64,000 nt of DNA from Strigamia acuminata (Eukaryota): contig OX442314.1 in NCBI GenBank assembly GCA_949358305.1, forward strand, positions 10,726,001 to 10,790,000, given 5' to 3'. The position numbers and the translations under genes were made by a program. The notes under the pieces are model-generated. The model was not told the DNA's origin. It did not search any database and worked only from the letters and a program-made list of their open reading frames with translations. Of the stretch, positions 39,185 to 48,237 are shown piece by piece. Numbering within the stretch: the stretch's first letter is position 1; each line of letters begins with the position of its first letter.

Positions 39185-41311
39185 TCAAACTAAAGAAAGA
39201 AGCATTTTTTGTTCAGGTAAGTAAGTTTCCATAAAATCTGTTTCTTCTTCTTGACTAAAACCGAACGACTTATGCATCAAACCGGTTTGTATCAAGGTAT
39301 AAAAAGATAAGCACTTCATGCAATAATTGATGTCTTCTGAATTGACAACAGAACAGTCCACAAATTTTTGCATTATAAACTCATGAACGGCGATGCTAGA
39401 GTCTGCGCACAAACTGTAAGCGAGACAACAGCAAAATTCCTTGAACACAATTTCATTTTCCAGTAAAGAATTTATTCGAGTGACACAAATATGTTCCAAA
39501 AAATCGTTATCCAGCTTCCCAGCTTCACACGCATCGATAATTTCAGATATTTTGTAAAAACTAATCAGCACCGGATCTTGAAGGTCTCCAAATCCATCCA
39601 ACTCTTCATTAGTAAACTCTAGTACAATTCTGTTGGCACAAAAATCGAACATCTGTTTTGGAATAAAGTCAAATGCAATTCTGTTGGTCTCAAAATTCTC
39701 AAACCCCCGCCCAAAAAAAGTCGCCAGTCTACACAAACTTTCTTCTAATTCGGATGCAACCGCCTCACTCATTCCTTCGGATGCAATTTCGGGAAGCCAG
39801 TTTCGAAATGCAGCGACATTTTTGCATTCCACTGTTTCGCTGGTGAAGTGATGAATGAGAACCGATTTCTTAAGCCTGCTCATTTTACTCGCATTCGAGA
39901 AAGAAAAACTCAAAAATCTATCAAGTTTCGTCCACTTGTTCGCACTTGTTTCGTTGTGAAGCAACCTGCGACAGATCTCGTTCGCAAAGTAGGAACATTG
40001 CACTTTAAATGTTGTCATTTCACTCTCAGTCGTGATGTATTTATTTGCAATCGACTCCAGGAAATCCCAATGGAAATCATACATTTTCTTAAAAAGTAAT
40101 TGAGCAACACATCTGTTCAAAATCATTCTTCTTTTTTTAATGTCCGTATCGTTAGGCAATAGTAAATGGAAATTATCAAAATCTTGCATCTCGCAAAGCA
40201 TGTAGTACACGAACGAATATCTATGTTCGTAACGGCAAGTCTTCATTTCCTCAGGAGCATTTCTCCAAAAACGAATCAAACACACCTTCACTCTGTCTCG
40301 TTTGGACCAAGAAACGAAAGAATACTGGCTCATCGCGTCATAGAAGTTGTCACCCGACGCGAACAGGTTTAGAACGCGGCTCGACTTGGGCGTGAACGAG
40401 TGCGTGTGCAGAAAATGTATCAGCACGGGTGCGAGAGGTTTCACTCCGTATCCCGAAGACAAAATGGTCCTCATTTGATGCTCGTCCATCTCCCCAAGTA
40501 GAAAGTTCATGATGCCAATCTCGAATGTGCAGAAACAATCTTTGTCGTGCGTGTCATCCTCGAAGTGTGAAATCAAGTCTTCCAATTTACTATCTGGATA
40601 GATTAGCCGATTGACGATTGCAGTTCTTTCGTACGGTGTCATGAGTGACCAGAAATACTCAACGCCACATTGGTTTGCGTAGTCTATGGACAGGGAAAAC
40701 ATTTTGACTTTCGTGTTGAAAAGAATCTTTGAAGAGTCGGTTTTAATCGTCATCCTTTTCCAATATTTGTACATGATAGTTTTTAAGTTTGAGTCCTTTT
40801 GTTTGTCGAACATCTTTCTCAAAATGTTGCCACATTCGTTCGAAATATCTTCCACGACATCTGCGATGCAACAGACGACGGCGAGGCAGAATCTGGATTC
40901 GAACGTCCATTCTGCTAACTCTGAGAGAACTCTTGCTGTTTTGGTCATGTCTAGTTGTCCATATATTGACCATTTTGTGCATTGGATAATGGTTTTCGCT
41001 ATTTGTCCATCGGGAAAGCTTTGGCCAATAAAAACGTGGGAAAATAAGAAATTAAGCACATCCCACAACTGGCATCCGACGTGCTTCGCCAAAGACTTCA
41101 ACAGTAACTTTAACTCGTTCGGAATAAGAAATTCATCCACTAGTTTGGAAACTGCTTCCTCACCTTCTGACCATCGCCTTCGACGACTGTTTGGATTGGT
41201 TTTCTTGCTATTAATTTGAATATTGAAAGGAGGATTATATTTCCATAGTAAAACCGAAGTTTTTACTAATGTGATGTGTTTTAAACTCGGCAAGTCCAAA
41301 ATGGACTTCAT
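39185..41311 (-). CDS. Tandem family copy F, 708 aa
   Basis: Intact intronless paralog. Confidence 0.9.
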   Translation of the reverse strand: MKSILDLPSLKHITLVKTSVLLWKYNPPFNIQINSKKTNPNSRRRRWSEGEEAVSKLVDEFLIPNELKLLLKSLAKHVGCQLWDVLNFLFSHVFIGQSFPDGQIAKTIIQCTKWSIYGQLDMTKTARVLSELAEWTFESRFCLAVVCCIADVVEDISNECGNILRKMFDKQKDSNLKTIMYKYWKRMTIKTDSSKILFNTKVKMFSLSIDYANQCGVEYFWSLMTPYERTAIVNRLIYPDSKLEDLISHFEDDTHDKDCFCTFEIGIMNFLLGEMDEHQMRTILSSGYGVKPLAPVLIHFLHTHSFTPKSSRVLNLFASGDNFYDAMSQYSFVSWSKRDRVKVCLIRFWRNAPEEMKTCRYEHRYSFVYYMLCEMQDFDNFHLLLPNDTDIKKRRMILNRCVAQLLFKKMYDFHWDFLESIANKYITTESEMTTFKVQCSYFANEICRRLLHNETSANKWTKLDRFLSFSFSNASKMSRLKKSVLIHHFTSETVECKNVAAFRNWLPEIASEGMSEAVASELEESLCRLATFFGRGFENFETNRIAFDFIPKQMFDFCANRIVLEFTNEELDGFGDLQDPVLISFYKISEIIDACEAGKLDNDFLEHICVTRINSLLENEIVFKEFCCCLAYSLCADSSIAVHEFIMQKFVDCSVVNSEDINYCMKCLSFYTLIQTGLMHKSFGFSQEEETDFMETYLPEQKMLLSLV

Positions 41312-41461
41312 GATTTGAAAGTGAAAAAAAAAAGTGCTGTTGAATTGTAAAAATAAAAATATTCATTATTACTTTACAATAATAGTCTTGCCTGCTTTAT
41401 TTAACATAACTCACTATCGCACATATTCTTGCCACTCTAGCTAGGCATGAGTAGTGCCTCT

Positions 41462-41630
41462 TGTGACGGTTGTAAAACCGTGAAGTTCGAAAGTTTCCGA
41501 CAGATGACGCTGTTCAAATGAACGTTAGTAGTTTAAATACATAACCAGAGTTGTAGTGACTATTATGACTAAACGGATAAATATAAGTTATTTATTAACT
41601 TGAATAAAGTATTATTTCGTATAATATTGA
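41462..41630 (+). mobile_element. 5' LTR fragment, duplicate of 33334-33503
   Basis: Same sequence and same junctions as upstream of copy D. Confidence 0.6.
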
Positions 41631-41986
41631 TTAGTTTTGGTCATGTCTAACTGTCCGAGTATTGTCCATCGCGTGTATTGGATGACGGAGTTCACGAATG
41701 TTACGTCGAGGAATTTGAAGTCGTCTTGGGGAACTAAGAATTTCAGCAAATCCCACAATTGCTTTCCGACATGCCAATACCAACAATTCCAACATTGGTT
41801 TCAAAACGTTCGGAATGACTAAAGCTTTCACTAGTTCACAAATTGTTTCTTGGATGTGTAACCATCGCTTCTTACGACTGTTTGCAATCAATATGATTAA
41901 TGAAATAGTATTTCCACAGCAAAGCTGAAGTTCTTGCTAGTGAAATATACGTACTGTAATCTCGGCAATTCAAAAATGGTTCTCAT
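41631..41986 (-). pseudogene. N-terminal remnant of a family copy
   Basis: Duplicate of 33504-33858 with additional indels. Confidence 0.85.
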
Positions 41987-42033
41987 GCTTTGGAATTTCC
42001 AACCAAGCAGTTGTACTGTACAATAATGTGTTA

Positions 42034-42492
42034 GGGGCCGTCCATAAATTACGTAACGCTTATTTTTCGAGTTTTAGACCCCCTCCCCCCCTAGTAATAA
42101 CGTCGTCGTAACTCGTAACAAATCCACAAACCCCCCCCTAGAATATTACGTAACAAAACTTACCACCACCCCCCCCCCCCCCCCCCACCAAAAAAAATTT
42201 TTGATACAAAATTTTGATACAAAATTTCACAAAAATTTTAAATTTTTTACAAAAATTTCAACCAAATTTCAAAAATTTTAAAAATGAAAATAAAAATGTA
42301 AAAAATGTAAAAAAAAAATTGAAAAATTTAAATTTTTTTACAAAAATTTAAAATTTACAAAAATTAAAATTTTTACTTTTTGTTACGTAACATTTTTAAG
42401 AACCCCTCCCCTCCCCGTCGTAACAACCAGTAACAAAATTTGAAACCCCCTCCCTCCCCTCTCCAGACGTTACGTAATTTATGGACGGCCCC
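42034..42492. mobile_element. PIF/Harbinger (Tourist-like) MITE
   Basis: Perfect 25-bp TIR GGGGCCGTCCATAAATTACGTAACG; 3-bp TSD TTA; empty site near 33893. Confidence 0.9.
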
Positions 42493-42497
42493 TTATA

Positions 42498-43260
42498 CAG
42501 GGTGTTCTAAAAGTCTGGTCCCCTCCAAATATTTCTTGAGCAATTGTATCTAGGCCAACTTTGATGAATCGATCGTATAGGAAGTTGGGTGAGGGCAATC
42601 CAATGATGTCATCAAATTTGACCTTGAAGGCCATTTTCACGGTCATTCACTTGCTAACTTCGAAACCAATCAGGTTAGAGCAAAAAAGTCAATTACAAAG
42701 TTGTAGAGCACCATCAAATTAGTACAATCCAACTTATCTTAGTCATCTTAGGTTAAATGTTTTCTTTTTAAAAAGGAAACAAATCAGAAAAATAATCAAG
42801 AAAATGGAATTTTTTATTCTTGTGAAAAAAAGATTATTGAGGCATTAAAAAACGATAGTGGTTTTTCTAGTGTACTTGCATGATAATGCACATTTGAATA
42901 CATTTATTTAAGAAATTCAGTACTTTTGCAGTAGAAATTTAATTTTTGCCACATTTGCAGGCTTTATTTCAGCTAATTTGTTTTCATTTTAAAATAAAAA
43001 AATTTAACTTAAGATGACTAAGATAAGTTGGATAGTACTAATTTGATGGTGCTCTACAACTTTGTAATTGACTTTTTTGCTCTAACCTGATTGGTTTAGA
43101 AGTTAGCAAATGAATGACCTTGAAAATGGTCTTCAAGGTCAAATTTATTGACATCATTGGATTGCTCTTGCCCAACTTTCTATACGATCGCTTCATCAAA
43201 GTTGGCCTAGATGCAATTGCTCAGGAAATATTTGAGGGGATCAGAATTTTGACTCACCCT
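42498..43260. mobile_element. Tc1/mariner-type foldback MITE with long TIRs
   Basis: TA then CAGGGTG; about 250-bp inverted arms; right end CACCCT with adjacent host deletion; same family as 53556. Confidence 0.85.
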
Positions 43261-43353
43261 CGACAACTTCGTCGAGATATCGACTTCATAAACCCTGAGA
43301 GATTAAAAATTAAAAATTTAAATTTAATTAAAAATAATTTGTATTACATTCTT

Positions 43354-43487
43354 ACTTGTGATTTACCAGTGTGTCCTACTGGATATACTCGTCATTTTGC
43401 CACGTTTTCTATTGCGCGCATTACGGCGCAAAAAGATAGAGTTGCAATTCCTCAATCCGCCATCTTTTATAGAAGGAGGAAGTTAAA
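43354..43487 (+). pseudogene. MPEG1-like exon-2 3' fragment 4
   Basis: LPVCPTGYTRHFATF with deletions, followed by the shared 3' UTR. Confidence 0.8.
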
Positions 43488-44492
43488 GTTGTCCGTAAAG
43501 TATTGCCGAAAAAGTAGCAAGTGTTTGTTGTCTTTGATGTAATTTGATGTACAAAAATGAATACATTAAAAATGTGATCGGGTAAAATGTGTTTTATTTT
43601 GTTTGCTTAGTCGATTTGCTTTCATTTTATACTTGGGAGAGATCGGTGCCACCAATCGTCGCTATCCTCACAATCGCCAAAAAATTCTTTATCACGTTTT
43701 AAGCATTTAAATTTACTACTTTTGTGCATAGAGAAATTGTTTTTACAACTGTTTGCTTCCCTGTATGGTCCATTACACTTAAAATACCCTGTTATTTTAT
43801 GACGCTGTTACTACAGTGTCCCCTGTATTTTCATATGAATAAATAATCACTGTATAATTTGTGACGCTGCTCTTGCGCAGCGCCACCTATGTATTTTGAC
43901 CATGAATAAACACTTATGCTAATTCTACACTGTCGACTGGTCACTTCCAAACTACATCCAGCTACAAATCCTTGCAATCTAATCTAAATACAAGTCAAGA
44001 CAGACTAAGTTTTATTAAATTTTGGCCGAGGCTATTTCCACCGATACGATAGACATGGGGGCTATTTTCACCGATTTCGGTAAAAATGATCTTTGAAATC
44101 GGGGGAAATAGACGTGTGGGCTATTTTTACCGATTTCAGTGGAAATGATCGCCAAGTTCTTCTAAAATAATTGTTCATTATTCCAGAAGAAAATATATTC
44201 TTCGTTTTTTTAGTTTAATGAAAAAAAATCTGATTTGGTTTACTAACTTGTAATTGATTAATTTAAAACAAAATGAAAAAGATTTAAAATTTAAAATTAA
44301 CAAAATACGAACATACAATTTTTTTAAAAATTAAATTTGAGTGTGGTATATAAATAAAATAAAATAAAATAAAATATATTAACTGATTCCTTTTTTTTAT
44401 ATTTTTGTTAAATTTTCCGTTACATTGGCCGGAATAATAATCAGTATGGTAGCGAATTTCAAGAATTAATGCTAAAAAGTTGAAGCACAACT

Positions 44493-46571
44493 TCAAACGG
44501 CAGAAAGACACATTTTTATTTCAGGTAAGTAAGTTTCTATAAAATCTGTTTTTTCTTCTTGACTTAAACCGAACGACGTACCGGTATTCATCAAACCGGT
44601 TTGTATCAAGGTATAAAAAGCTAAGCACTTCATGCAATAACTGATGTCTTCTGAATTGACAACAGAACAGTCCACACATTTTTGCATTATAAACTCATGA
44701 CAGCAGATGTTAGAGTCTGCGCACAAACTGTAAGCGAGACAACAGCAAAATTCCTTGAACACAACCATTTCATATCTTCGAGTGAACTTTCTTCGAGTGA
44801 CACAAATAAGTTCCAAAAAATCGCTGTCCAGCTTTCCAGCTTCACACCTATCAATAATTTCAGATATTTTGTAAAAACTAATCACCACCGGATCTTGAAG
44901 GTCTCCAAATCCGTCCAACTTTGTATTCATAAAGTCTAGTACAATTTCGTTGGCCCAAAAATCCTCACACCCTCGCCCAAAAAAAGTCGCCAGTCTACAC
45001 AAACTTTCTTCTAACTCGGATGCAACCGCCTCACTCATTCCTTCGGATGCAATTTCGGGAAGCCAGTTTCGAAATGCAGCGACATTTTTGTATTCCACTG
45101 TTTCGCTGGTGAAGTGTTGAATGAGAACCGATTTCTTAAGCCTGCTCATTTCACGCGCATTCGAGAAACAAAAACTCAAAAATCGATTAATTTTCGTCCA
45201 CTTGTTCGCATCAATTTCGTTGGCAAGCAACCTGCGACAGATCTCGTTCGCTAAGTAGGAACATTGCACTTTAAATGTTGTCATTTCACTCTCAGTCGTG
45301 ATGTATTTATTTGCAATCGACTCTAGAAAATCCCAACGGAAATCATATTCTTTCTTAAAAAGTAATTGAGCAACACATCTGTTCAAAATCATTCTTCTTT
45401 TTTTAATATCCGTATCGTTAATCAATAATAAATGGAAATTATCAAAATCTTGCATCTCGCAAAGCATGTAGTAAATGAACGAATATTTATGTTCGTAACG
45501 ACAAATCTTCATTTCCTCAGGAGCATTTCTCCAAAAACGAATCAAACACACCTTGACTCTGTCTCGTTTGGACCAAGAACGAAAAGCATATTGGCTCATC
45601 GTGTCATAGAAGTCGTCACCCGACGCGAACAGGTTTACAACGCGGCTCGACTTGGGCGTGAACGAGTGCGTGTGCAGAAAATGTATCAGCACGGGTGCGA
45701 CAGGTTTCATTCCTAATCCCGAAGACAAAACGGTCCTCATTTGATGATCGTCCATCTCCCCAAGTAGAAAGTTCATAATCCCAATGTCGAATGTGCAGGA
45801 ACAATCTTCGTCGTGTGTGTCATCCTCGAAGTGTGAAATCAAGTCTTCCAATTTACTATCTGGATACATTAGCAGATTGACGATCGCAGTTCTTTCGTAC
45901 GGTGTCATGAGTGACCAGAAATACTCAACGCCACATTGGTTCGCGTGGTCTATGGAGAGGGAAAACATTTTGACTTTCGTGTTGAAAGGAATCTTTGAAG
46001 AGTCGGTTTTAATCGTCATCCTTTTCCAGTATTTGTACATGATAGTTTTTAAGTTTGAGTCCTTTTGTTTGTCGAACAATCTTTTCAAAATGTTGCCATG
46101 TCCGTTCGAAATATCTTCCACGACATCTGCGATGCAACAGACGACGGCGAGGCAGAATCTGGATTCGAACGTCCATTCTTCTAACTCTGAAAGATCTCTT
46201 GCTGTTTCGGTCATGTCTAGTTGTCCGTATATTGACCATTTCGTGCATTGGATGATTGTTTTCACCAATTGCAAATCGAGACAGCTTTGGTCAATAAAAA
46301 CGTGGGAATTTAAGAATTTAAGCAAATCCTTCAACTGGCATCCGACGTGCTTCACCAAACACCTCAACATCAATTTTAACTCGTTCGGAATATGAAACTC
46401 ATTCACTAGTTCAGAAACTGCTTCCTCACCTTCTGACCATCGCCTTCGAAGACTGTTTGGAGTGGTTTTCTTGCTATTAATTTGAATATTGAAATTATAC
46501 TTCCATACTAAAACCGAAATTTCGATTAAGGTGATGTGTTTTAGACTCGGCAAGTCCAAAATGGACTTCAT
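44493..46571 (-). CDS. Tandem family copy G, 692 aa
   Basis: Intact intronless paralog. Confidence 0.9.
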   Translation of the reverse strand: MKSILDLPSLKHITLIEISVLVWKYNFNIQINSKKTTPNSLRRRWSEGEEAVSELVNEFHIPNELKLMLRCLVKHVGCQLKDLLKFLNSHVFIDQSCLDLQLVKTIIQCTKWSIYGQLDMTETARDLSELEEWTFESRFCLAVVCCIADVVEDISNGHGNILKRLFDKQKDSNLKTIMYKYWKRMTIKTDSSKIPFNTKVKMFSLSIDHANQCGVEYFWSLMTPYERTAIVNLLMYPDSKLEDLISHFEDDTHDEDCSCTFDIGIMNFLLGEMDDHQMRTVLSSGLGMKPVAPVLIHFLHTHSFTPKSSRVVNLFASGDDFYDTMSQYAFRSWSKRDRVKVCLIRFWRNAPEEMKICRYEHKYSFIYYMLCEMQDFDNFHLLLINDTDIKKRRMILNRCVAQLLFKKEYDFRWDFLESIANKYITTESEMTTFKVQCSYLANEICRRLLANEIDANKWTKINRFLSFCFSNAREMSRLKKSVLIQHFTSETVEYKNVAAFRNWLPEIASEGMSEAVASELEESLCRLATFFGRGCEDFWANEIVLDFMNTKLDGFGDLQDPVVISFYKISEIIDRCEAGKLDSDFLELICVTRRKFTRRYEMVVFKEFCCCLAYSLCADSNICCHEFIMQKCVDCSVVNSEDISYCMKCLAFYTLIQTGLMNTGTSFGLSQEEKTDFIETYLPEIKMCLSAV

Positions 46572-46741
46572 GACATGAAATTTAAAAAAGAATGTGTTGA
46601 TATGAATATGATATGAATATTCATTATTACTTTACAATAATAGTCTCGCCTGCTTTAAACGTCACAATTGTAAATTTAACATAATTCACTATAGCTAGGC
46701 GTGAGCAGTGCATCTGAACACTGCTTTTCCTTATATTTCTA

Positions 46742-46960
46742 TCTAGCCGTGCCCGGCCACGCGTTGCTGTTGCTACTAAATAAATCCCGTGGTAATTAAT
46801 CCCGTGGAAATTAATCCTGTGAAAATCCTTTGGAAGTCCCGTGGAAATCCTTTGGAAATCCCGTGGAAATCCTTTGGAAATCCCGTGGAAATCCTTTTGA
46901 AATCCCGTGGAAATCCTGTGGAAATAAATCTCCTGGAAATATATCCCGTGAAAATAAATC
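46742..46960 (+). mobile_element. Helitron-like (Lep1/DINE-like) remnant
   Basis: CTAGCCGTGCCCGGCCACGCGTTGCTGT head with AAATCCCGTGG repeats. Confidence 0.5.
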
Positions 46961-46964
46961 CTGT

Positions 46965-47495
46965 TGTGACAGTTATAAAACTGTGTAAACCGAAAGTTCA
47001 CGTCAGATGGCGCTGTTTAGATAAAAGCGCATAGTTTAAATACGATAACAAGGTTGTATTGTAATAATTGTTATGACCAAACGAGTAAATATAAGTTGTT
47101 TATTGAACGAAATAAAGTATTATTTAAGGTAATTTTGATTCTATTGAATCAATATTTAGGTTTATACTTACCTGGTAACGAGAACCAATTGGACTCTTAA
47201 TGATTTGGCACTGTCTTTAGACCGGACACCCGAATCTCTGGATTCTGACCTCTAATTGGCTGCTCTTAATCCTATTGTTCATGAAACATATATAAACCCC
47301 GGTTTTCACCGGATCTGGGGCTTTATCTGTTTTGTTTTCTTGTATTGGTATCTGTTGATTCTCTCTTGTAAAACCCATTAGGCCTCCTCAATTCTTATCG
47401 GTTGGTAATAATTGTTGTATCGCTCTTTCGGGATGACTAACCCGGTAATAATTAATAGTCCCGTACATTAGCTGGCCGTCATAAGTGAAGGCTAG
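46965..47495 (+). mobile_element. Partial LTR related to the 59903 LTR
   Basis: TGTGAC start; colinear blocks AGATGGCGCTGTTTA, TTGATTCTAT.GAATCAATAT, GAACCAAT.GGAC, TATATAA, TTTCGGGA.G.CTAAC. Confidence 0.7.
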
Positions 47496-47498
47496 AAT

Positions 47499-47773
47499 GA
47501 TTACGGCGGATCTAGCGAGGATGAAACTGAATGTGATCCAAATTCAGATTGGGATGAGACGGAAAGCGAGATGAATATCGAAAATTCTAGGCTTGAAAAT
47601 GCAAATTGGTATATGTATTTTTTACAAAACATTTTAAGTAGTTTCGAACAATTTATTGAATTATTTACAACCTTTTAGATGCTATTGTGGTAATTGTGCA
47701 ATAATGCGTACAGAAATAGAATGTAAATGCTGCTTAGAAATTCAGAATTTTGAGGAAAAATGCAACGAAGAAA
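47499..47773 (+). pseudogene. Two-exon fragment of a Cys-rich P2X7-C-terminal (ballast)-like domain, probably transposon-derived
   Basis: Acidic tract, RLENAN(W), intron 47609-47678, then CYCGNCAIMRTEIECKCCLE; the spliced W codon now reads TGA. Confidence 0.6.
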
Positions 47774-48056
47774 ATAGAAAGTTCATAATCCCAATCTCGA
47801 ATGAGCAGAAACAATCGCTGTCTCGTGTGTGACATCGTGGAAATGTGAAATTAAGTCTTCCAATTTACTTTCTTGCCGGATTAGCAGCTTGACGATGTCA
47901 TGAGTGACCAGAAATACTCAACGCCACATTGGTTTGCGTGGTCTATGCACAGGGAAAACATTTCCACTTTCTTGTTGAAAGGAATCTTCGAAGAGTCAGT
48001 TTTAATCGTCATCCTTTTCCAATATCTGTACATAAATATTTTTAAGTTTGAGCCCT
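47774..48056 (-). pseudogene. Internal fragment of a family copy
   Basis: MYRYWKRMTIKTDSSKIPFNKKVEMFSLCIDHANQCGVEYFWSLMT with deletions. Confidence 0.85.
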
Positions 48057-48237
48057 GTATTTTATTTCCAATTTTTTGTTCATTTGCTGGAATTAAGTTA
48101 TTGGACACACATCACTTTTATTAAATTTTACATTACATTGGTCACAATGTGGTAGCGACTTTCAAGAATTATTGCTAAAACTCTACAACGTTAAGTGTTG
48201 GTTGAAGCACAACGTAAAAATACTCAAATATAAATTT

